Positions 18,903 to 26,640 of a stretch of DNA of 64,000 nucleotides are shown here, piece by piece. Source of the stretch: Longimicrobiales bacterium (GTDB lineage Bacteria; Gemmatimonadota; Gemmatimonadetes; Longimicrobiales; RSA9). The position numbers were made by a program, and so were the translations under genes. A model generated the notes under the pieces. That model had not been told where the DNA came from, did not search any database, and saw only the letters and a program-made list of their open reading frames with translations. The stretch covers positions 18,368 to 82,367 of the forward strand of contig DATHUY010000004.1 of the NCBI GenBank assembly GCA_035461765.1, in the 5' to 3' direction. The stretch's first letter is position 1. Each line of letters begins with the position of its first letter.

Positions 18903-19022
18903 GATATCCAATATACAACCGCTCCCCGCGGAGCGGATCACCGCCGGCAATGCGCATACCAGGCGGGGAAACCCCGGCCGGCCAGCGGCGTACCATGGAG
19001 CGGATTCATCAGCGGAGGCGGC
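18903..19022. promoter_or_regulatory. divergent control region between the C39-like peptidase operon and the M50 protease gene
   Basis: 120-bp gap between divergent ATGs. It holds the palindrome CCGCTCC-N4-GGAGCGG (18919-18936) and GGAGCGGAT twice (18930-18938, 18997-19005). On the minus strand TATATT lies 7 nt upstream of the peptidase ATG with no SD in between, suggesting a possible leaderless start. Confidence 0.35.
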
Positions 19023-20150
19023 ATGAAGGTTGGCAGGCAGGCGGTCCTGTTGCTCGGTGGTGCGCTGTTCGGCGCCCTGCTCGGGATAGCGCTCGGTATG
19101 CTCGCCGGCGATGCCGTCGCCCCGATCATCCGCGGTCCGGGCGGCGCACTGCTCGCCCTGGCCCTCTATTTCGTCTGCATCCTCGCCCACGAGGCCGGAC
19201 ATCTCGCCGCGGGCGCCCTCGCCGGGTTTCGGCCCCTGCTGCTGATCGCCGGACCGCTGCGGCTCGAACGCCGCAACGGCCGGACGATCGCATCGTTCAA
19301 TCGCTCCATCCCGCTGGCCGGCGGCCTGGCGATCTGCACGCCTGTCGGCCTCCACGACCTGCGCCGTCGCACCATGATCATGGCCGCTGGCGGCCCGCTC
19401 GCATCACTGCTGCTCGGCGTTCAGTGCCTGGTTTTCTGGATGGCGCTGTCCTCTTTCGGCGCGGCTGCATCCGCCGCGGGCTCGGCACTGCTGCTGGCGG
19501 GCGTCATCTCGCTTGCGATCGGCGTTCTGACGCTGCTGCCGATGCGGGCGGGAGGCTTCTATTCGGATGGCGCGCGCATTCTGCGGCTGATGCGCAACAA
19601 CGAGGAGACGGTGCGTGAAGTCGCGCTCATGGCGCTGACCGCGCACAGCCTCGGCGGCACGCGGCCGCGCGACTGGGACGCCGAGCTGGTTCGGAGTGCA
19701 GCATCTATCCGCGACGGTGGTGCGTTCGAGGTGAGCGGTCTGGCATTCGCGCATCTGCACGCGCTCGACACCGGCGATATCGGCGCGGCCCGCGGCTACC
19801 TCGATGAGACACTTGCTCGTGTGCACCAGCTGCCGGCCGCGAGTCGTGGCCCGCTGCAGCTGGGTGCCGCTGTGTTTTTTGCGCTGTACGATCGGGACGT
19901 GGCCCGCGCGCGAGCGAATCTCGATGCGGCCGGCACGCGCACGGGGCTGCTCGGCGCGCCGCATCAGCGTCTGCTGGCCGAAGCGGCCGTGCGTCTGGCT
20001 GAGGGAGATGTCGAGGGTGCGGTGGCGGGTGCGGCCGCAGCCAGTGAGCTGATCGAGCGGGACTCCGGACCGGGCAGCACCGGGATCGATGCCGCCCACG
20101 CCCGTCGCATCCTCAATGCAGCAATCGCAGCGCCAGGAAGCCCAGGATGA
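19023..20150 (+). CDS. M50 family (site-2-protease-like) integral membrane metalloprotease with soluble helical C-terminal domain
   Basis: Lies in ORF 18093..20150 with ATG at 19023 (MKVGRQAVLLLGG). HEAGH zinc motif sits in TM2 (ILAHEAGHLAAG). Several TM helices follow, with a second motif region LTLLPMRAGGFYSDGARIL. Confidence 0.78.
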   Translation: MKVGRQAVLLLGGALFGALLGIALGMLAGDAVAPIIRGPGGALLALALYFVCILAHEAGHLAAGALAGFRPLLLIAGPLRLERRNGRTIASFNRSIPLAGGLAICTPVGLHDLRRRTMIMAAGGPLASLLLGVQCLVFWMALSSFGAAASAAGSALLLAGVISLAIGVLTLLPMRAGGFYSDGARILRLMRNNEETVREVALMALTAHSLGGTRPRDWDAELVRSAASIRDGGAFEVSGLAFAHLHALDTGDIGAARGYLDETLARVHQLPAASRGPLQLGAAVFFALYDRDVARARANLDAAGTRTGLLGAPHQRLLAEAAVRLAEGDVEGAVAGAAAASELIERDSGPGSTGIDAAHARRILNAAIAAPGSPG

Positions 20151-20742
20151 TCAGCGCGCCGAAGGCCCACGCCAGCCTGTTGAAGTGGCGATCGATGAAA
20201 CGCTGGATCGGCGGACCGTAGAAGTAGACGAGCGCGGCTTCCGCGAAGAAGCGGAGGCCGCGCGAGATGCCGCTCGCGATGACGAACACGGGGAAGGAGA
20301 TCGCGAATACGCCGGACGCCAGCGTGAACACCTTGTAGGGCAGTGGTGTGAAGCCCGCGAGGAACACGGCCCAGAAGCCCCAGCGCTGGTACCAGTCCTG
20401 GACGGTCGCGAACGCCTCGGGCGTCACGCCGGGTATGTAGGTGAAGAAGAAGTCGCTGATCCCGCTCCACAGCAGTGATCCGAGCAGGTAGCCGAACATG
20501 CCGCCGAGCACCGAGCCGAGCGTGCAGATTGCGCCGAACAGCAGCGCCTTGCGCGGCTTGCCGAGGCAGAGGGCCAGCAGCAGGGGATCCGGCGGGATCG
20601 GAAAGAATGAGGACTCGGCGAAGGAAAGAATGCCGAGCGCAGCGGGGCCGCTCTTGTGATCGGCCCACGCCAGCATCCAGTCGTAGAGCCGGCGCACCGG
20701 ATTGCGGCTTTGCGGCGGCGGCGTCGTGGTTGTCTGATTCAT
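20113..20742 (-). CDS. YqaA/DedA-type (SNARE-associated) membrane protein
   Basis: Lies in ORF 20113..20874 with ATG at 20742 (MNQTTTTPP). Contains FAESSFFPIPPDPLLLAL and FLAGFTPLPYKVFTLASG, typical of the DedA/YqaA family. Confidence 0.8.
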   Translation of the reverse strand: MNQTTTTPPPQSRNPVRRLYDWMLAWADHKSGPAALGILSFAESSFFPIPPDPLLLALCLGKPRKALLFGAICTLGSVLGGMFGYLLGSLLWSGISDFFFTYIPGVTPEAFATVQDWYQRWGFWAVFLAGFTPLPYKVFTLASGVFAISFPVFVIASGISRGLRFFAEAALVYFYGPPIQRFIDRHFNRLAWAFGALIILGFLALRLLH

Positions 20743-20822
20743 GGCCGACAAGGTATAGCAAGACTGTTGCCCGTCAATTCCCGACCCGCCAGATTCGGCG
20801 GACCCCTTTGCCCGGAGCCTGC

Positions 20823-22481
20823 ATGAAGCACCTGAGAGTTTTTTCCGCGGTGGCAATCCTCGCGCTGGGTGCATGTGCGCCTGCCGTCACCCCTGCGCCT
20901 GCGCCCGCACCGACGCCGGAGCCGCGGCCCGAGGTGGTGGCGCCCACACCGGAGCCCGAGGACATTCTCGCCGAGGCGCCAGCGCGCTGGTGGCTGCTCG
21001 ATGCCGACATCGATCGCGTCTACGGCGCGGGCGTGGACCGCGCATACAGCGAGATCCTGAACCGGAAGCAGCCCGCGCGTGAGATCGTGGTGGCGATCCT
21101 CGATTCCGGTGTGGACATCACACACGAGGACCTCGACGACGTTCTCTGGTCCAATCCCGACGAGCCGGCCAACGGTCGCGACGATGACGGCAACGGCTAT
21201 GTCGATGACGTGCACGGCTGGAACTTCATTGGCGGACCCGATGGGGCCCACGTGGATGAGGACACCTACGAGGTCGCGCGCCTGTTCGGCGCATGCCGGC
21301 AACTCGAGGCCGCTACGGACGCCGGCACCCGGCCGGAACCGGTCACGCCGGACGAGTGCCAGGAGATCCGCGAGGCCTTCGAGGCGGAGCGCGAGGAGAA
21401 CGAGGGCATGCTCGTACAGATGCGCGCCATCGACGCCACTGTCAGCCAGGCGATGATGCTGCTGCGCCAGCAGCTCGGTACCGACAGCATCACCACCGAG
21501 CAGGTGCGCGCGCTCGCGCCGGTGCGCAACGATGTCCGCCAGGCTCGCCAGATCTATCTCCAGCTTGCCGCACAGAACATCTCGGAGCAGGACGTCAAAG
21601 ACGAGCTGGAGCGCATCGAGAATCTGCTCGAGAACGGCCTGAACCCCGACTTCGATCCGCGCCCGATCGTCGGCGACGACTATGCGGACACGGCCGAGCG
21701 GGTGTATGGCAACCGCGATGTGATCGGCCCTGATGCCTCGCATGGCACCGGTGTCGCCGGAATCGTCGCGGCAGAGCGCGGCAACGGCATCGGCGTGGAC
21801 GGGATCGCGACGAATACGCGCATCATGGTCGTCCGCACCGTTCCGAACGGCGACGAGCGCGACAAGGACGTCGCCAACGCCATCCGCTATGCCGTGGACA
21901 ACGGCGCCCACATCATCAACATGAGCTTCGGCAAGGCGTACTCGCCCTGGAAGGGCGTCGTCGACGCGGCCGTCCGCTATGCGCAGGAGCGCGGCGTACT
22001 GCTGGTCCACGCGGCTGGCAACGACGCGAAGGATCTCGCGACCGAAAAGAACTTCCCGAACCGGTATTTCGCGGGCGGCGACACCGCCTCGTTGTGGATC
22101 GAGGTCGGCGCATCCGCTTGGCAGGGCAGGGGACAGCTCGCCTCCGGCTTCAGCAACTACGGCGCCCGCCAGGTGGACGTGTTCGCTCCCGGGTCGGATG
22201 TCCTCTCCACATCGCCGGGCAACGAGTATGACGCCGCGTCAGGCACCAGCTTCGCCGCACCCGTCGTCTCCGGCATCGCCGCCATGCTGATGGCGTACTA
22301 TCCGGAGCTGTCCGCCGCCGATGTCCGCCGGATCATCCTGGAATCGGCTCTGCCGCTCCGTGATGTCATGGTGGTGCGGCCGGGCGAGGATGAGCTCCAG
22401 GTCCGTTTCGGTGACCTGAGCATCACGGGCGGCGTCGTCAATGCCTATCGTGCGGTTCAGATGGCTGAGCGAATGCAGTAA
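20823..22481 (+). CDS. S8 family serine peptidase (subtilase) lipoprotein
   Basis: Lies in ORF 20475..22481. ATG 20823 gives MKHLRVFSAVAILALGAC. Catalytic triad contexts are ILDSGVDITHEDL (Asp), SHGTGVAGIVAA (His) and SGTSFAAPVVSGIAA (Ser). Confidence 0.9.
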   Translation: MKHLRVFSAVAILALGACAPAVTPAPAPAPTPEPRPEVVAPTPEPEDILAEAPARWWLLDADIDRVYGAGVDRAYSEILNRKQPAREIVVAILDSGVDITHEDLDDVLWSNPDEPANGRDDDGNGYVDDVHGWNFIGGPDGAHVDEDTYEVARLFGACRQLEAATDAGTRPEPVTPDECQEIREAFEAEREENEGMLVQMRAIDATVSQAMMLLRQQLGTDSITTEQVRALAPVRNDVRQARQIYLQLAAQNISEQDVKDELERIENLLENGLNPDFDPRPIVGDDYADTAERVYGNRDVIGPDASHGTGVAGIVAAERGNGIGVDGIATNTRIMVVRTVPNGDERDKDVANAIRYAVDNGAHIINMSFGKAYSPWKGVVDAAVRYAQERGVLLVHAAGNDAKDLATEKNFPNRYFAGGDTASLWIEVGASAWQGRGQLASGFSNYGARQVDVFAPGSDVLSTSPGNEYDAASGTSFAAPVVSGIAAMLMAYYPELSAADVRRIILESALPLRDVMVVRPGEDELQVRFGDLSITGGVVNAYRAVQMAERMQ

Positions 22482-22600
22482 CGAAAGCGGGAGCGGGATC
22501 GTGTTCGGGAGCGTGTTCGGGAACAGCGGCGCTCCAGATGCATCGTATGTTGTTCCCGCTCCCGAACACGAACACGATCCCGCTCCCGCTCCCGATTTCC
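22482..22600. repeat. Hexamer-modular palindromic element, copy A (fills the gap between convergent stop codons)
   Basis: Left arm 22482-22524 is CGAAAGC[GGGAGC][GGGATC][GTGTTC][GGGAGC][GTGTTC][GGGAAC]. Right arm 22552-22600 is GTTCCC GCTCCC GAACAC GAACAC GATCCC GCTCCC GCTCCC GATTTCC. The loop is 27 nt. The element is bounded by the S8 stop (22479-81) and the actP stop (22602-04). Confidence 0.9.
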
Positions 22601-22601
22601 T

Positions 22602-24323
22602 TCAGGGATTGATCTCGTGGGCGGGGCCGGCGTGCCGCGGCACGCGGATCCGCTCGATAAGCTCCTGGACGTCCGCGGGCGGGGGTGGTGTCATGCGTGA
22701 AACGATGGATGAGACCGCGAAGTTGATCAGCATGCCGATGCCGCCGATGCCTTCGGGTGATATGCCGAGCCACCAGTTCGCGGCCGTGTTCGCGTCCGGA
22801 TTGATGAACTTGAAGTAGATGATGTACGCAGCGGTGAACGTGATGCCGCTGACCATCCCCGTGATCGCCCCCTCCCGGTTCATCCGCTTCGAGAAGATCC
22901 CCATGATAATCACGGGAAAGAACGAGGAGGCCGCCAGGCCGAACGCGAACGCCACCACTTCAGCGACGAAGCCCGGCGGGTTGATCCCGAGGTAGCCGGC
23001 AATGATCACGGCGGCGCCGGCCGCGGTCCGCGCCGCGATGAGCTCGCCGCGCTCGCTGATGTTGCGGCGGAACCCGCGTTTGAGCAGGTCGTGACTCACG
23101 GCCGTCGAGATCACGAGCAGGAGACCGGCGGCGGTCGATAGGGCGGCCGCGAGGCCGCCGGCCGCGACCAGCCCCACCACCCACGCCGGCAGCCGCGCAA
23201 TCTCGGGATTCGCCAGCACCATGATGTCGGGATCGACGGTCAGCTCGTTCACTAGCGGCGCGCCCACACCATCGCGTGCATTCGGTCCGACGAACTGAAC
23301 GATGCCATCGCCATTGTGGTCGTCGTGGCGCAGCAGCCCGGTCTGTTCCCATGTCCGGAACCACTCCGGCATCTCGGCATAGGGTCGGCCGGCGACGGTC
23401 GAGAGCAGGTTGGTGCGGGCAAACGCCGCGATCGCCGGTGCGGACGTGTACAGGATCGCTATGAACAGCAGGGCCCAGCCCGCGCTGATCCGCGCATCGC
23501 GCACGCGCCGCACGGTGTAGAATCGGATGATGACATGCGGCAGGCCGGCCGTGCCTACCATCAGGGCCGCGGTGATGAAGAAAATGTCGATCGTCGACTT
23601 CGATCCGCTCGTGTAGGGTGCGAATCCGAGCTCCGCGTGCAACGTGTTCAACCGGTCGAGCAGGAATGTCCCGGTCGCCTGGTCCGCGGCGCCGAACCCG
23701 ACCTGCGGGATGACATTGCCGGTCAGGAGCAGTGACAGGAAGATGGCAGGCACCATGTACGCGAAAATCAGAACGCAGTACTGCGCGACCTGCGTGTACG
23801 TGATGCCTTTCATGCCGCCGAGCACCGCATAGAAGAACACGATGCCCATGCCGATCAGCACACCCAGCTCTACGGGCACCTCGAGGAACCGGCCGAACAC
23901 GATACCGACGCCGCGCATCTGGCCCGCGACGTATGTGAACGAGATGAATATCGCGCACACGACGGCGACCATGCGCGCCGTCTGGGAGTAATAGCGGTCG
24001 CCCACGAAGTCCGGGACCGTGAACGCGCCGAACTTGCGCAGGTAGGGTGCAAGCAGCAGGGCGAGCAGCACGTACCCGCCCGTCCAGCCCATCAGGTAGA
24101 CGGAGCCGTCGTACCCTCGGAACGCGATGAGGCCGGCCATCGAGATGAACGAAGCGGCGGACATCCAGTCGGCCGCGGTCGCCATCCCGTTCGCGATCGG
24201 GGACACACCCGCACTCGCGACGTAGAAGTCCTTCGTGCTCCGTGCCCGTGACAGGATTGCGACGCCGATGTAGAGTGCGAAGGACAGGCCTACCAGGACG
24301 AACGTCCATGCCTGCACATTCAT
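22602..24323 (-). CDS. actP: sodium:solute symporter family, cation/acetate symporter ActP-like
   Basis: 573 aa and polytopic. The N-terminus YIGVAILSRARSTKDFYVASAGVSPIANGMATAADWMSAASFISMAGLIAF matches the ActP/SSF pattern. The start overlaps the upstream DUF4212 stop (ATGA). Confidence 0.85.
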   Translation of the reverse strand: MNVQAWTFVLVGLSFALYIGVAILSRARSTKDFYVASAGVSPIANGMATAADWMSAASFISMAGLIAFRGYDGSVYLMGWTGGYVLLALLLAPYLRKFGAFTVPDFVGDRYYSQTARMVAVVCAIFISFTYVAGQMRGVGIVFGRFLEVPVELGVLIGMGIVFFYAVLGGMKGITYTQVAQYCVLIFAYMVPAIFLSLLLTGNVIPQVGFGAADQATGTFLLDRLNTLHAELGFAPYTSGSKSTIDIFFITAALMVGTAGLPHVIIRFYTVRRVRDARISAGWALLFIAILYTSAPAIAAFARTNLLSTVAGRPYAEMPEWFRTWEQTGLLRHDDHNGDGIVQFVGPNARDGVGAPLVNELTVDPDIMVLANPEIARLPAWVVGLVAAGGLAAALSTAAGLLLVISTAVSHDLLKRGFRRNISERGELIAARTAAGAAVIIAGYLGINPPGFVAEVVAFAFGLAASSFFPVIIMGIFSKRMNREGAITGMVSGITFTAAYIIYFKFINPDANTAANWWLGISPEGIGGIGMLINFAVSSIVSRMTPPPPADVQELIERIRVPRHAGPAHEINP

Positions 24324-24667
24324 GGCGCACGCCCTCGATCGTCCCCGCGCCGCGTCCGCCGCTTGTCGCGCACCACTGCGTCCTCCTCGTCCACATCGAA
24401 CTCGCGGTCCAGCCGGTTCATGAGCAGGACGTAGACAAAGATCAGCAGCACGAAGACGTAGATCGATCCCTGCTGGGCGAACCAGAAGCCGAGAGGGAAA
24501 CCGGTGCCGGGTATGCGGAAGCGGTTCAGCGGCTCGGCCAGGAGAATGCCCGCGCCGTAGGAAACGGCGAACCAGATCGCGAGCAGGGTCGCGAGGTATC
24601 GGAGATTGCGCCGCCAGTATGCGTCAGCGGCGCGTCGGCTGACCGGCTCGTCATGTTCCGATGGCAT
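24320..24667 (-). CDS. DUF4212-type small membrane subunit of solute:sodium symporter
   Basis: YWRRNLRYLATLLAIWFAVSYGAGILLAEPLNRFRIPGTGFPLGFWFAQQGSIYVFVLLIFVY. Translationally coupled to actP. Confidence 0.8.
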   Translation of the reverse strand: MPSEHDEPVSRRAADAYWRRNLRYLATLLAIWFAVSYGAGILLAEPLNRFRIPGTGFPLGFWFAQQGSIYVFVLLIFVYVLLMNRLDREFDVDEEDAVVRDKRRTRRGDDRGRAP

Positions 24668-24689
24668 CGGCGATCAGGTTGGCAGTTGA

Positions 24690-24729
24690 GCGCTGCGGCA
24701 GGTGAGCGGGCAATATTATGCCGCAGCGC
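24690..24729. other. perfect 11-bp stem hairpin in the gap between the DUF326 gene and the DUF4212/actP operon
   Basis: GCGCTGCGGCA (24690-24700) / TGCCGCAGCGC (24719-24729) with an 18-nt loop. No U-tract on the minus strand, so it is not a classical intrinsic terminator. It lies 23-62 nt upstream of the DUF4212 start. Confidence 0.35.
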
Positions 24730-24841
24730 CGGAAATCCAACAGCCTGATCCACCACGTATCCGGTGTGGGGCGGCGTCGCCCGAAGAGTGCGTCGATCCC
24801 GCTGCGAGCCCGCACGGCCCGGCCACAGGATCGTGCGCGGA

Positions 24842-25249
24842 TCAGGCTGCCAGCGCTGCGATCATGCGGTCACACGCCTGGGCACACCGGCGGCATGACT
24901 CCGCGCAGATGCGGCAGTGCTCCATGTGCTTCGCATGGTTCGAACATTCGTCGCCACACGCACGACACATGGCGGCGCATGCCTCGAGCTGCAGCCGCAG
25001 CGCTTCCGCATCGCGCGCACTCGGCCGCGCGAACAGCCGCCCCGTCACCTCGCAGATGTCCGAGCAGTCCAGGTTCAGCCGGACGCACATCACCAGCTCG
25101 CCCACATTCTCCTCCGCCAGACATGCGTCGGCACACGTCGCGCATATCGCTGCGCACTCGTAACATGCCTCGATACAGGCACGCGCGACGTCGCCGTCGG
25201 AATGCGCCGGGGAAGGATGGGATTCGAGCATCGTGTGGAGCTCCTGCAT
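24842..25249 (-). CDS. DUF326 cysteine-rich four-helix-bundle (copper-storage-like) protein
   Basis: ATG 25249 is preceded by GAGGAGG. Repeated CxxxC-type helices: CIEACYECAAICATCADACL, CVRLNLDCSDICE, CAAMCRACGDECS, CRICAESCRRCAQAC. Confidence 0.8.
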   Translation of the reverse strand: MQELHTMLESHPSPAHSDGDVARACIEACYECAAICATCADACLAEENVGELVMCVRLNLDCSDICEVTGRLFARPSARDAEALRLQLEACAAMCRACGDECSNHAKHMEHCRICAESCRRCAQACDRMIAALAA

Positions 25250-25360
25250 GTTGCCTCCTCGAGCGGAAATGGTTGCGTGCCTGTGTGCCATGCAACCTTT
25301 CTGCCGGGAGCTGCAGCGGGGAGTCGGCCGTCCTCAGCCGCACGGCCGGGCGCCGGGCTG

Positions 25361-25452
25361 CGGGAGCGCCGCTCCATTGAACGGCGCCCCGAGCCGGTCG
25401 GCCTGGCGGGAGCGTCGCTCGAGTGAACGGCGCCCCGCTCCAGTCGGCCTAC
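25361..25452. repeat. tandem 46-nt repeat x2, each with an internal GC hairpin
   Basis: Unit 1 (25361-25406) is CGGGAGCGCCGCTCCATTGAACGGCGCCCCGAGCCGGTCGGCCTGG. Unit 2 (25407-25452) is CGGGAGCGTCGCTCGAGTGAACGGCGCCCCGCTCCAGTCGGCCTAC. It lies immediately downstream (minus sense) of, and overlaps, the stop of the 25449 gene. Confidence 0.7.
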
Positions 25453-26399
25453 CGGATTTCGCGGACCTCGATGCGGTTGCCGTTGAACAGCGGGATCAGC
25501 AGTCGCTGGCGCCGCGTGTCCCAGCCGATGTCGGCCGGCGCCTCCACGTTCTCGACGACGGTGCTGACCGCGCCGTCGGGCGATACACGATACACAGCCT
25601 GGCCCTCCCAGCTCGACACGAAGAGCGTCCCATCGCTCGTGCGCACCACGCCATCCAGCTGTCCGGCGGGCAGCGTGGCGACCGAATCGGGCGTGCCGCC
25701 GCCAGCCGCGATGCGCTGGACGACAGGGCCACCAAAGCCGACGACAATGATGCCCCCATCATCCGCGACGATGCCGTTCGGCGCCGCGAGGTCCGGCGCC
25801 CCGGCGAACGACTGCGAACCTGTGGCATCGAAGCGGTGGATGGCGTCCGTGCCCGTCGGAGAGAACGACGCATCCATACCCGTGTCGGTGACATACAGCG
25901 CTCCGTCGGGCCCGGTCGTCAGGTCATTCAGGAATGAGGCACCGGCGATGCCGCGGGCACCGAGCGGCTCGCCCGTCGTGCGATGAAAGGCGCGCACGCT
26001 GTCGATGTCGGCTACGAACAGCGTATCGCCGCTCAGCGCCATGCCCTTCGGCGCGTTCAGGGTGATGCCGTCGGCCTCGCCATCGATCCACTTCAGCGAC
26101 TCGACCGCGCCCGTCGGACGGACCCGGCTGATGAAGCCGTTACCGTCCGCGCCAAGAGGCTCGCCGTTGATGTTCGACACGATGTAGACATCCGCCTGCT
26201 CGTCGTACAGCACCGATTCCGGCGTCTGGAACCCGACATCGGCAATGCTGGTCAGCGATGCGGTCGCTGCGGCATCGCCCGCCGTATCGGCTTCGACCGT
26301 GGCCGCGTTGTCGTCCGTCTGCGCGCAGGCGGCCAGCAGGACGGCGCAGGCGAAGGCGAAGACCGGGACGGAAACGGCAGTCATGCGCGAGGGGTGCAT
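25449..26399 (-). CDS. beta-propeller (SMP-30/gluconolactonase/LRE-like) lipoprotein
   Basis: Lies in ORF 25449..26687. ATG 26399 is preceded by GGGAGAA and gives MHPSRMTAVSVPVFAFACAVLLAAC. Repeated propeller-blade-like segments include PESVLYDEQADVYIVSN, PKGMALSGDTLFVAD, LNDLTTGPDGALYVTD, PNGIVADDGGIIVV and DGVVRTSDGTLFVSS. Confidence 0.65.
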   Translation of the reverse strand: MHPSRMTAVSVPVFAFACAVLLAACAQTDDNAATVEADTAGDAAATASLTSIADVGFQTPESVLYDEQADVYIVSNINGEPLGADGNGFISRVRPTGAVESLKWIDGEADGITLNAPKGMALSGDTLFVADIDSVRAFHRTTGEPLGARGIAGASFLNDLTTGPDGALYVTDTGMDASFSPTGTDAIHRFDATGSQSFAGAPDLAAPNGIVADDGGIIVVGFGGPVVQRIAAGGGTPDSVATLPAGQLDGVVRTSDGTLFVSSWEGQAVYRVSPDGAVSTVVENVEAPADIGWDTRRQRLLIPLFNGNRIEVREIR

Positions 26400-26640
26400 G
26401 GGTTTTCTCCCTGTGAGTGTGGTGCGAGGATAATCAGGAGGCGGGCGCCGTGCTGCAACCGGCGGAGCGCCGGCGCCGCGGTCGGGCCGCCGGACGCGGC
26501 GGGGCCACCGGCTTGCGCACCGTCCACCGCGCCCACCGGACGCGGCACCCACTCTGCAGAATGGCGCGGGCGGCCATGCCGCTGCCTGTATCGGACGGCC
26601 GGGCGCGGCAATACGGGACGCGGCCATGCGCCGATGGGCC

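Noticed and set aside
20113-20150. The 38-nt convergent overlap of the M50 protease and YqaA-like gene 3' ends, as a possible annotation error or antisense regulation.
   Set aside because: Both C-termini read naturally to their stops. Short convergent overlaps are common in compact high-GC genomes, and there is no additional evidence.
19023-20150. Treating the M50 protease as a proven component of the ligase/peptidase system.
   Set aside because: The only link is divergent adjacency, with no coupling. I kept it as a hypothesis inside the main finding, not as a call.
22438-22818. ORFs translating the hexamer-modular elements into Gly/Ser/Ile/Val/Phe peptides (..EIGSGSGIVFVFGSGNN.., ..SGSGIVFGSVFGNSG..). 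The same occurs at 59078..59410, 59883..60107 and 56247..56483.
   Set aside because: The 6-nt periodicity mimics coding phase, but the same elements occur in both orientations, sit between stop codons of real genes, and have no start/SD context. I treated them as non-coding repeats.
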